Assembly: GCA_963815935.1 (NCBI GenBank)
Contig: CAWFIL010000008.1
Coordinates: 162,088 to 226,087 of the forward strand
Origin: an uncultured bacterium
GTDB taxonomy: Bacteria; Patescibacteriota; Saccharimonadia; Saccharimonadales; UBA4665
DNA length: 64,000 bases
Reading direction: 5' to 3'
The notes beneath the pieces were generated by a model. That model did no database searches. It saw only the letters and a list, made by a program, of their open reading frames with translations, and was not told where the DNA came from. This document shows positions 45,522 to 54,199 of the stretch, in pieces (the first letter of the stretch is position 1; the number at the start of each line of letters is the position of its first letter). The position numbers and the translations under genes were made by a program.

Positions 45522-47038
45522 AAGTCGTGGAAGACTTGGATGCTAGCACCGAGCGAGTTTAGCCGTTCGGCCAGATCTTCATATCCGCGGTTAATAGTGT
45601 AGACGTTGCGTAACGTCGAAATTCCGTCGGCTGCGAGCATGCCAATGAGTAATAGGCTAGCTGGACGAAGCGCTGGCGGGCAAACGACGTCGGCTTTGCT
45701 GAACTTGGTTGGCCCCTGGATGTACAGACGGTGTGGGTCAGCAAGTTCGACTTGCATACCGACTTTGGTCATCTCGGTATAGTAGATGGCGCGGTTTTCA
45801 TACATCCAGTCGTGGATGAGCGTGCGTCCCTGGGCGACTCCGGCAATTGGCACGAAGTATGGCAGATTGTCGGCGTTAATGCCTGGATAGGCAGCGGAGT
45901 GAATCTTTTCGGGTAAGGCACGGAGGGTGCCGTTGTGTTTGTGGATGGTTAGGTCAACCAGATCAATTTTGCCGTTTTCAGCCTTATAGCGGTCGCTAAC
46001 ATCAAACTTGAGACCCATCTTTTTGAGTTTGAGTAGCTCGAGGCTCATGAACGAGATAGGAACACGACGAATGGTGATGCTGGAGTTGGTAGTAATAGCG
46101 GCCGAAGTAAAGAACATGGCTTCAATCGGGTCTTCGGTTGGTGTGTAGGTGACGTTCTTCTTGATGTGTGGTACACCGGTAATCTTGATGGAGGTACCAC
46201 GACCAAACTCAACCTTAACGCCAAGTTTTTGCAGGAAGAAGGCGACATCCTGGACCATGTAGTTGGTTGTGCCGAACTCGATAATTGTCTCGCCGGCCGT
46301 ACGGGCGGCAGCAAAGAGAGTATTTTCGGTTACGGTGTCGCCAGCTTCGTATAGGACGACCCGGCCGGCTGGCTTCTTCTTGACGCTTACTTTGTAGTGG
46401 CCCTGCGTGGCAACGATGCCAACGCCAAACTCTTCTAGAGCGTAGAGGTGGGGCGCGACCGTGCGACTACCGAGCTTACAGCCACCAGCATAAGGGATCT
46501 CAAAGCTTTCGTAATCGTGCATCAGCGGACCCATCATCATTAGTACGGAGCGGGTCTTGCGAGCGGCGTCAGCATCCATGTTTTCGAGCTTGAGCTTGGC
46601 TGGCCGGCGAATTTCGAGGTTGTTGCCGTTTGTCCACTTAACTTGGACACCGATGCTCTCGAGCACCTCGATAATGCGATAGACTTCCTCGATACGGGGG
46701 AAGTTGATAAATTTAGTTACACCATAGTTGAGAAGGCTAGCGCACAGCAAACCGACTGCGGCATTTTTGCTGGTCTTGAGTGTAATTTCACCCGATAGCT
46801 CGTGACCGCCCTCAATGCGGAGGTTGATGGCACCGCTGCCTAGCGAGATAAGTTGCTTATTTAGGACGTCACTTATACGCCCCATGGTCTCTAGGCTCAG
46901 GTTCTGCTTGCCGTGTTCCATGCGGTTGACGGCCGACTGACTAGTGCTCAGCTTCTGAGCGAATTCGGCCTGGGTGAGGCCACGCTCTTGACGAATTTGT
47001 GCAATTAAATGTCCAATTTTCTCGTTGGTTGTACTCAT
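45518..47038 (-). CDS. murA: UDP-N-acetylglucosamine 1-carboxyvinyltransferase fused to an N-terminal XRE-type HTH domain
   Basis: Residues 1-65 are an HTH (IRQERGLTQAEFAQKLSTSQSAVNRMEHGKQNLSLETM). The rest is the MurA/EPSP-synthase fold, with the catalytic-loop Cys in YAGGCKLGSRTVAPH. Confidence 0.85.
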   Translation of the reverse strand: MSTTNEKIGHLIAQIRQERGLTQAEFAQKLSTSQSAVNRMEHGKQNLSLETMGRISDVLNKQLISLGSGAINLRIEGGHELSGEITLKTSKNAAVGLLCASLLNYGVTKFINFPRIEEVYRIIEVLESIGVQVKWTNGNNLEIRRPAKLKLENMDADAARKTRSVLMMMGPLMHDYESFEIPYAGGCKLGSRTVAPHLYALEEFGVGIVATQGHYKVSVKKKPAGRVVLYEAGDTVTENTLFAAARTAGETIIEFGTTNYMVQDVAFFLQKLGVKVEFGRGTSIKITGVPHIKKNVTYTPTEDPIEAMFFTSAAITTNSSITIRRVPISFMSLELLKLKKMGLKFDVSDRYKAENGKIDLVDLTIHKHNGTLRALPEKIHSAAYPGINADNLPYFVPIAGVAQGRTLIHDWMYENRAIYYTEMTKVGMQVELADPHRLYIQGPTKFSKADVVCPPALRPASLLLIGMLAADGISTLRNVYTINRGYEDLAERLNSLGASIQVFHDF

Positions 47039-47097
47039 AGTGCAAACAATATACCATACTTGATATTTTGCATACAACTACAAAGCATAAGCTTATT

Positions 47098-47397
47098 CTA
47101 GTGATGCCGAGGTGACTTGCGCCAGGTTTCGAGCCCTGCGGCAACTAAATGCTTGCAGAAGAGGGCCTTGTTGCCAGTACATGAGCACTGCCAACGTAAC
47201 CCAGAGGGTGAGGCCTCTAGTATGATATTGCGCGACTGCGTACTCAACCCATTAACATGGGCTGCTACTTTGTCGGGGGTGAATTCTGTAAAAATAACAC
47301 CACCATTGTCGGCTATTTCCTGGCCAAGCCGGAAGTTCGACGGTGTGGCAAACCCGCGGATTGTAGCTTCTGTTACAAGATCGGCTACCGAATTCAT
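47098..47397 (-). CDS. Small SWIM zinc-finger protein
   Basis: CxC...CxH signature: WQCSCTGNKALFCKHLVAAG. Start uncertain (47397 or 47424). Confidence 0.6.
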   Translation of the reverse strand: MNSVADLVTEATIRGFATPSNFRLGQEIADNGGVIFTEFTPDKVAAHVNGLSTQSRNIILEASPSGLRWQCSCTGNKALFCKHLVAAGLETWRKSPRHH

Positions 47398-47513
47398 ACT
47401 CAAAGTGTAGCACTTTTGCTTCAACTTGATACAATGGGGCCATGATCTAGCTTGTCTCTATTACTACTTGCAACGAATGTAATGTGTAATTTCTTGATAG
47501 GGAGGATAAGCTA

Positions 47514-48782
47514 ATGGACGATAAAGAGATTGAACGGCTCATCGAAGCCGAAGTTAAGCGCCAACGCCAGGGTTTGGAGATGATTCCAAGCGAAAACCAT
47601 ACGTCCCCGGACGTCCTAAAGGCATTGGGCTCGCGCTTGACCGATAAGTATTCCGAGGGCTACCCCGGCATGCGCTACTACGGTGGCTGCGAAATCGTTG
47701 ACCAAGTTGAGAACCTGGCTCGCGATCGCGCCAAGGCGCTCTTCGGCGTAGATCACGCTAATGTACAGCCCTATTCGGGTTCACCGGCTAATATGGCGGT
47801 GTACTTCGCACTGGCTGATCCCGGTGACACGGTTATGGGGCTCGATCTGTTCTTTGGCGGTCATATGACGCACGGCCTAAAGGTAAACTTCTCCGGTAAG
47901 TGGTTCAACTCGGTGCAGTACAAGACCGGCCATGACGGCTACCTCGACTATGACGGCATGGCCGAGTTGGTCAAGGAGCACAGGCCGAAGCTTATCTTTA
48001 CTGGCTTTACGGCTTATCCCCGCACTATTGATTGGAAGCGGCTGCGTGAGATCGCCGACCTGGCCGACGCCTTTTTGGTGGCTGACATCTCACACATCGC
48101 CGGGCTGGTAGTAGCTGGTGCACACCCATCGCCAGTAGGTATCGCAGATGTCATTACCACCACCACCCACAAGACCCTGCGTGGTCCGCGCGGGGCCATG
48201 ATTATGTGCAACGGCAAGCCATCGAACCCGCTCAAGGCTGCCAAGCGTACCCGCGAGAACTTGCCGACCCTTATTGACCGGGCAATTATCCCTGGCTTGC
48301 AGGGCGGCCCGCACAACCACCAAACGGCTGGCATTGCCGTTGCGCTTCGAGAAGCATCCCAACCAGCATTTACAGAATACGGACACCAGATCGTTAAGAA
48401 TGCCAAGCGTCTAGCAGACCGCCTTACGGGCAAGGGGTATACGTTAGTCACGGGAGGCACCGACAACCATCTGCTACTCGTGGACCTTACCAACAAGGGT
48501 GTTAAGGGTAAAGAAGGTGAGGTAGCGCTCGGTGCGGCTGGTATCACGGTCAACAAAAACACCGTACCCTTTGACCCGCGTCCCGCCTTTGACCCGAGCG
48601 GTATCCGTCTTGGCACGCCAGCCCTGACCACTCGTGGCATGAAAGAATCCGAGATGGATCAGGTGGCTGACTGGATCGACCAGGCAATTACTGCGCATGG
48701 CAATGAGGGCAAGCTCGGCAAGATTCACGCCGAGGTTAAAGAATTTGTAAAGGCCTTCCCGCTGCCCGGAGAAGAGAAGTAG
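47514..48782 (+). CDS. glyA: Serine hydroxymethyltransferase
   Basis: LEMIPSENHTSP, and the PLP-lysine region TTTTHKTLRGPRG. Confidence 0.96.
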   Translation: MDDKEIERLIEAEVKRQRQGLEMIPSENHTSPDVLKALGSRLTDKYSEGYPGMRYYGGCEIVDQVENLARDRAKALFGVDHANVQPYSGSPANMAVYFALADPGDTVMGLDLFFGGHMTHGLKVNFSGKWFNSVQYKTGHDGYLDYDGMAELVKEHRPKLIFTGFTAYPRTIDWKRLREIADLADAFLVADISHIAGLVVAGAHPSPVGIADVITTTTHKTLRGPRGAMIMCNGKPSNPLKAAKRTRENLPTLIDRAIIPGLQGGPHNHQTAGIAVALREASQPAFTEYGHQIVKNAKRLADRLTGKGYTLVTGGTDNHLLLVDLTNKGVKGKEGEVALGAAGITVNKNTVPFDPRPAFDPSGIRLGTPALTTRGMKESEMDQVADWIDQAITAHGNEGKLGKIHAEVKEFVKAFPLPGEEK

Positions 48783-49252
48783 TGGCTAACGGTGGTGCGC
48801 GTTTTGTCTCGCGCTCGGCGGTGTTTGTTGCGCTATTGAATGATCAAGGTGAGGTGCTTCTACACCGTCGGGCAAATACCGGCTTTATGGATGGCAGATA
48901 CGACTTGCCGTCAGGCCACGTTGAACGCGACGAGTCATTGCTCCACGCGGCGGTGCGCGAGCTCAAAGAAGAATCGGGAGTGACCGTTAAAGAGTCGACG
49001 CTTAAGCTGTGGCATGTCAATCAGTTTGCTGCCAACGACCAGTACTATTACAACTTCTTCTTTGTAGCTAGGGACTGGCAGGGTATGCCAAAGATCACCG
49101 AACCCGATAAATGTGATGATATGCAGTTTTTTGCCACGAGCGATCTGCCAAAATTAACTGCCGGTAGCCATATGGCGCTACAACATATCCAAGGTGACGG
49201 CGTTAGTTTTGGGTATATTGATCAGGCCGTATTTGAGCAAATTGCTCAGTAG
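48782..49252 (+). CDS. NUDIX hydrolase
   Basis: Nudix box GHVERDESLLHAAVRELKEESGV. Confidence 0.8.
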   Translation: MANGGARFVSRSAVFVALLNDQGEVLLHRRANTGFMDGRYDLPSGHVERDESLLHAAVRELKEESGVTVKESTLKLWHVNQFAANDQYYYNFFFVARDWQGMPKITEPDKCDDMQFFATSDLPKLTAGSHMALQHIQGDGVSFGYIDQAVFEQIAQ

Positions 49253-49258
49253 GACTGG

Positions 49259-49840
49259 TTACCCCCTGTTCGTGAAGTACTCGATACCAGCATAGGCTAT
49301 CGTCGAGGCTGCGGCTAATACGCCGATACTGGCACCGATGCGCGCAGTGATTCGTTCCACCCTGGTCTCGCGGCGATGTGTACCACGATATCGTCCTCGT
49401 GTCTCTGTGCTGGGGTCGTCCCATGCCTGCATAAAGTCGATAAACTTTCGGTCAATGGCTTCAACTGCGGTGGTCTGTTCTTCTGCCGATCTAATGGGAT
49501 ATCGCGGCCGAGGAACGGGGGCGGTGGCAATGACCGTGGGCGCGACATCTGTCCGTGGCCTGCGACTGGCTATTGGATCTGCCGAGGTGTCCAGTCGTCG
49601 CAACCCAGAAAGCACGCGTGTCATTGTGTCGTAGGACGCATCGAATGCAAGCGGGTCGCGAGGTGTGTTTGGTGTTAGGGCCTGGTGCTGGCCTCCTTCT
49701 CTGCGGCTGCTCGGTGTTTCATGTGCGCCTAGTGGCTGCGGAGTGTCTTCTTGGCCGACATACTCCAAGATTCGGTTAAGTACATCCTCTGGCGATTCGT
49801 GCGGGTACATGTAGGTCGGGGGTAGTGTCATTGCTTCCAT
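49259..49840 (-). CDS. Hypothetical, largely disordered protein with a C-terminal TM anchor
   Basis: AAGGAG RBS lies 6 nt before ATG 49840. The body is P/R/T-rich and the C-terminus is ITARIGASIGVLAAASTIAYAGI. Confidence 0.5.
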   Translation of the reverse strand: MEAMTLPPTYMYPHESPEDVLNRILEYVGQEDTPQPLGAHETPSSRREGGQHQALTPNTPRDPLAFDASYDTMTRVLSGLRRLDTSADPIASRRPRTDVAPTVIATAPVPRPRYPIRSAEEQTTAVEAIDRKFIDFMQAWDDPSTETRGRYRGTHRRETRVERITARIGASIGVLAAASTIAYAGIEYFTNRG

Positions 49841-49954
49841 ATGCGCTCCTTTTCTGTCGTTGACGTGAAAAAATAGACCCACTGCCAGAGTGCAGTGGCT
49901 CTACGGGCGCTAAGGTCGTTAGCGCGAAGAAACCATTAAATCATACCATTGTGC

Positions 49955-50983
49955 TTAAGGCAAAAGTTCTGGTTCTTGTACGAGCGTAATGCCAAACTTT
50001 TGCTGTACGGCATCGACTATCTTTTGTTTGAATTGCAGTAATTGTGCAGTAGACTGCGCGTGTTCATTAACGAGTACGAGGGGCTGCATGGACCAGGTGC
50101 TCATGCCGGTTTCGGGGTCATGGAAATCTTTAAAGCCAGTTTGTTCGATTAGCCAAGCTGCGGGTATTTTGACGTTGCCTGTATCGTCTGGCCAGCCAGG
50201 AATGTCGGGGAAGTCGGCGCGTAATTGGGTGAACTGGCCGTCATCCACGACTGGATTGGCAAAAAATGAACCGTTGTTGGCGACTTGCGTGGGGTCGGGT
50301 AGCTTGCTCTGGCGAATGGCAATTACCGCCCGGCGGATGATTTGTGGTGTCACGTCAGTAATCTGGTGCTCTTCAAGGTAGGCCTCAACCGCCCGATAGA
50401 ACGGCGGCTGGGGTTTGCTCTTGAGTAAGTGCAGTGTGATGGCGGTAATGAAGAACCGCCCACGGTCACCGGTCTTGAACCGGCTCGTCCGGTAGCCAAA
50501 GGCACAGTCCATAGCGGGGATGTTGACCATTTGTTTGAGCTCGCTGTCGTAGGCTTCGACACTGACAAGCACGTTGGCAATCTCTTGCCCATAGGCGCCC
50601 ACATTTTGTACGGGGGTTGCTCCGGCGGTGCCGGGGATCAGACTCAAGGCTTCAATGCCGGTGACGCCTCGCTCTACGGTGCGGGCTACGACGTTGTCCC
50701 AATTTTCGCCGGCGCCCACGGTTACATAGTAGTTCTCTTCGTCTTCGGTTTGCTCCTCAAAGCGCATAATTTTGTTGACGATAATCAGGCCTGGAAAGCC
50801 CTCGTCTTTCCAGACAATATTGCTGCCGCCGCCGATCATTAACACCGGTAGATTGCTTTGCTCGGCCCATGCTAACGCGTCGGTTAGCTCATGCCGGTCG
50901 GCGACTTCGGTCATGTAGGCCGCATTACCTCCAAGCCGCATAGTTGAGTGAGCTTTGAGGGAGACGTTTTGCAAAATGTTCAT
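49955..50983 (-). CDS. murB: UDP-N-acetylenolpyruvoylglucosamine reductase
   Basis: MNILQNVSLKAHSTMRLGG at ATG 50983, FAD-binding region VLMIGGGSNIV, and C-terminal MurB domain GSFFANP. Confidence 0.92.
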   Translation of the reverse strand: MNILQNVSLKAHSTMRLGGNAAYMTEVADRHELTDALAWAEQSNLPVLMIGGGSNIVWKDEGFPGLIIVNKIMRFEEQTEDEENYYVTVGAGENWDNVVARTVERGVTGIEALSLIPGTAGATPVQNVGAYGQEIANVLVSVEAYDSELKQMVNIPAMDCAFGYRTSRFKTGDRGRFFITAITLHLLKSKPQPPFYRAVEAYLEEHQITDVTPQIIRRAVIAIRQSKLPDPTQVANNGSFFANPVVDDGQFTQLRADFPDIPGWPDDTGNVKIPAAWLIEQTGFKDFHDPETGMSTWSMQPLVLVNEHAQSTAQLLQFKQKIVDAVQQKFGITLVQEPELLP

Positions 50984-51052
50984 ATTGGTATTATAGCGCA
51001 CCGCATCCAGCGCTTGCGCGATTAACAGAGAGGCGCTACTATAAAGTGGTTT

Positions 51053-51595
51053 ATGAACGAGAAGAAGCAAGACCTACCATTCAAGAAGCTTGGTGACCGC
51101 CTAAAAACGATCCGTCAAAAGATGCACGAAAGTGTGGCCGAAGTCTCTGGTGCTGTCGAGATCGACGAGCCCATGCTACAGCGCATTGAACAAGGTGCAG
51201 AGCGTCCGAGCGAAGATATCCTGATGCTTCTGATTAGTCATTTTGGCATGCATGACGACGAAGCTGCCGGTCTATGGCAACTAGCTGGTTATGATCAGCC
51301 CCGCGCTCACGATCATGACAGTGATGACACCAATAATGGCAAGGCCACTATCCTGGTTATGGCTGTTGACCCGCGGGTGATCTACAGTGATGGTGTGCAG
51401 GTAACCGCCAACAACAATGGTGTAGTTATCTCGTTCTCTCAGAACAACGGCAACCAGAATCCACTGACGACCGCTAAGATCGGCATGAGCCGCGAGCAAG
51501 CCCAGGGTGTTGTCCGGGCGCTCCAAGATGCCATGGTCCATTCCGAGCCGAAGCAGCTTTCTGACGGCTTTCACAACAAAGACCAAGCAAATTAG
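51053..51595 (+). CDS. XRE-family HTH protein with an uncharacterised C-terminal domain
   Basis: LGDRLKTIRQKMHESVAEVSGAVEIDEPMLQRIEQG. Divergent from murB. Confidence 0.7.
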   Translation: MNEKKQDLPFKKLGDRLKTIRQKMHESVAEVSGAVEIDEPMLQRIEQGAERPSEDILMLLISHFGMHDDEAAGLWQLAGYDQPRAHDHDSDDTNNGKATILVMAVDPRVIYSDGVQVTANNNGVVISFSQNNGNQNPLTTAKIGMSREQAQGVVRALQDAMVHSEPKQLSDGFHNKDQAN

Positions 51596-51602
51596 TTTGT
51601 AA

Positions 51603-51631
51603 TTGACTACGCGAGCAACCCCTATTAGAAT
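51603..51631 (+). promoter_or_regulatory. Candidate sigma70-type promoter upstream of the tail-fibre-like gene
   Basis: TTGACT, 17 nt spacer, TAGAAT. Confidence 0.5.
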
Positions 51632-51706
51632 AGGGATTTAAGCATTAGTGTTATGCTTTTCCGCATGACTGAGCACACAAACTAACTTCTGGCTGAGGGT
51701 GTTTAT

Positions 51707-53458
51707 ATGGTAACGCGTTTGCCTGTCCCGGGTAGGGACGGTGGCATGTGGGGCGATCTGCTCAATGAGTTCCTGAGTATTGAGCATAATGATGACGGTA
51801 GCTTAAAGCTGCGGGCTGACATGTCTAAGTTTGCCGACACAACGGCACCCTCTACGTTCACAAAGCGACTGATTATTAATGAGCCGGGGGCTGGTGCAAG
51901 TACATTACAGCTGCCGGACACGACCGGTTCCACTGGTATTACTTTTGGCTCTGATACAAATCTATTTCGCTCAGGGAGTGGGCAGCTACAAACCGCCAGT
52001 ACTTTCTTTGTGGTGCGGGCTAGCAGTAGTGTTGCTGGTCTTGGCGTAACAACCTCAGGCGACTCTACGCGTCGGTTCCAGGTAAACACCGATGGTAAAC
52101 TTCTCTGGTCGGGCGGCTCAGGTAGCCAAGATACAACGATGATCCGTGATACATCAGGCGGACTCAAGATTGCTCAAACAAGCGGTACCACCGGTTCACC
52201 AGCCACGCCTACACTTAGTCTTGTGCCATCTGGTGTGACGTCCGGCTCCCCAACGGGCGGCGGCACACTTTTAGTTAACCAAGGTACCAACCCGGGATCG
52301 GCGCTGAATGTTAACTCGTCGGCTGGTTCTGGCGCGCTGGGTCGTCTAGTAAATATCACGGCCAGTAGCTCTCTTTTCGACAAGCCTGCAATGCACGTGG
52401 ACTATGCCGGTACAAGCAATGCGGTCGAGGTGAGCAGTACTGGAACGGGTACGACTGGAAACGCGCTCAACGTGGTGTCAACTAACAACAACGACTCAGC
52501 TGTTGGTGTTAATGGCACAGAGATTAGCCGGGGTACGGTTAAGATTGTCCACAACTATCCTGGGCAGAGCGATGCAAACGCATCAGCCCTTTCACTGCGA
52601 GCGAACGGCGTCGGTACTGCCGCGCAGGGCATCTTTTTTGACTCGGAAAACGGCGGAACGACCGGCAACCTAATGAAGTTTCGCAACGCTGGTGTAGATA
52701 AATTTATACTGGGCCCAAACGGTAGCCTGTACACGTCGCAGAATATACAAATTGGTTCGACGACGGCCGATACGGGTAGCGGTGTGGGCGTGATCGGTTT
52801 CAAACAGGCTTCGACGATACCTACGACTAACCCCGCAGCTGGCGGTGCTATTTTATACGCTGACGCTGGTGTTCTGAAGTGGCGTGACCCAAGTGGAACC
52901 GTGTATACCGTTGGTGGTAGCGTAAGTTCGGTTACGTCCAAGAATTTCGAGCCAAGCGACCAGAGCTATAACGGCTGGGCGTACGATCCCATTGCTGCCG
53001 CTAACAACACCCAGCCTACAGCTGGCCAGCCGGTTCTCATTAAAGTGAAAGCCTCACAAACGGCCACGATAAGCACTATCTATCTAAATGTAAACAATGC
53101 GGGTTCGGGCTTTACGGCGAGTGCGTCGTATGCGGCCCTGTATGATACGAGCGGAAATCTGCTTGCTCAAAGTGCCGACCTTGCTGCGACACTGAATAGT
53201 ACTGGTGCAAAGGCGATTAGCCTCGGGTCTACCCCTAGTGTGACGGGTGGCACCTTTTACTATGTATATATTGTTGTGAATGCGACCACCATGCCTGCCC
53301 TCAACCGTGCTGGTAACGTAGGTGCTATGAACCAAAACCTGGGGCCGGGTACGTATCGCTTTTGTACACTTGGCAGCGGCATATCTTCGCCGCCCTCGAC
53401 GATTGACCTAAATACCAGTGTTGCATTGTCTGTCTCATACTGGGCGGCAATTGCTTAG
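51707..53458 (+). CDS. Phage tail-fibre-like / receptor-binding-like G/S/T-rich protein without a signal peptide
   Basis: As I recall, the N-terminal pattern LPVPGRDGGMWGDLLNEFLSIEHNDDGSLK matches minor tail or tail-fibre proteins of actinobacteriophages and related actinobacterial proteins. It is followed by long G/S/T/N-rich beta-type segments. Confidence 0.55.
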   Translation: MVTRLPVPGRDGGMWGDLLNEFLSIEHNDDGSLKLRADMSKFADTTAPSTFTKRLIINEPGAGASTLQLPDTTGSTGITFGSDTNLFRSGSGQLQTASTFFVVRASSSVAGLGVTTSGDSTRRFQVNTDGKLLWSGGSGSQDTTMIRDTSGGLKIAQTSGTTGSPATPTLSLVPSGVTSGSPTGGGTLLVNQGTNPGSALNVNSSAGSGALGRLVNITASSSLFDKPAMHVDYAGTSNAVEVSSTGTGTTGNALNVVSTNNNDSAVGVNGTEISRGTVKIVHNYPGQSDANASALSLRANGVGTAAQGIFFDSENGGTTGNLMKFRNAGVDKFILGPNGSLYTSQNIQIGSTTADTGSGVGVIGFKQASTIPTTNPAAGGAILYADAGVLKWRDPSGTVYTVGGSVSSVTSKNFEPSDQSYNGWAYDPIAAANNTQPTAGQPVLIKVKASQTATISTIYLNVNNAGSGFTASASYAALYDTSGNLLAQSADLAATLNSTGAKAISLGSTPSVTGGTFYYVYIVVNATTMPALNRAGNVGAMNQNLGPGTYRFCTLGSGISSPPSTIDLNTSVALSVSYWAAIA

Positions 53459-54123
53459 CGGGGGTCGTCGCTAAAGAGTCGTACGCGCATTAGAAACAGC
53501 CGCAAAAGGACCACAATTGCGTGAAACACCAATCCTGCGCCCAGTATTAGCACTATTAACTGTTTGGCGCTCTCTGCAACGGGTACTTGCCCAAGGACAA
53601 CCCTGGGTGCTGTATGATCCAATGCCTGTATCATTGGGAGTAGACCAACTACAAAGATAACTGCAAAGATTATGACCACGCATAGCCGCCACGCAGCCAC
53701 CTCTAAGAACGATGTAAGGCCTACGTGTTTTTTGTAACCATAGGGCGTGATCTGTATGTAATCTTCGGCTGCCCGCCATCCCTTATACGCGTAGACGCTG
53801 TACTCGACCACTAAGTATACGACCAGTCCTAATGTTCCCCACAAGAAAAGCGTGGCGATTTTACCAACTAGTGCGCTGTGAGTAAGCGTGGCCACTGGTT
53901 GTACGATATGGTTGGTGTAGGCCACGCCCCATTCACCATCGAGTAGGTTTGGCAAAGAGGTGCCTATCTCTACGCTGCGTGATACCAGATACCCCACCAC
54001 CACCAAACTACCCAGCCCTACGCAAATAAGAGCACTTATGGGTGACGGCCACAGGCTGCGGAAGAGTTTATAGCGGAAAGTTGTCTTTTTATTTGTGGGC
54101 ACTACATAAATAGTATATACCAA
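53455..54123 (-). CDS. Hypothetical 4-5 TM membrane protein
   Basis: 222 aa and hydrophobic. Its stop overlaps the convergent upstream gene stop. Confidence 0.55.
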   Translation of the reverse strand: MVYTIYVVPTNKKTTFRYKLFRSLWPSPISALICVGLGSLVVVGYLVSRSVEIGTSLPNLLDGEWGVAYTNHIVQPVATLTHSALVGKIATLFLWGTLGLVVYLVVEYSVYAYKGWRAAEDYIQITPYGYKKHVGLTSFLEVAAWRLCVVIIFAVIFVVGLLPMIQALDHTAPRVVLGQVPVAESAKQLIVLILGAGLVFHAIVVLLRLFLMRVRLFSDDPR

Positions 54124-54199
54124 CCTGTTGGCGGATATGTCTTGTATGGATCTGAGAAAAAGCTTATGCTATAAAAAGCAAATATAAAATAAAAAAAGT

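Noticed and set aside
47425-47513. I looked for T-box or other leader elements upstream of glyA and tyrS.
   Set aside because: The leaders are too short (89 nt for glyA and 6 nt for tyrS), and there is no specifier or T-box sequence.
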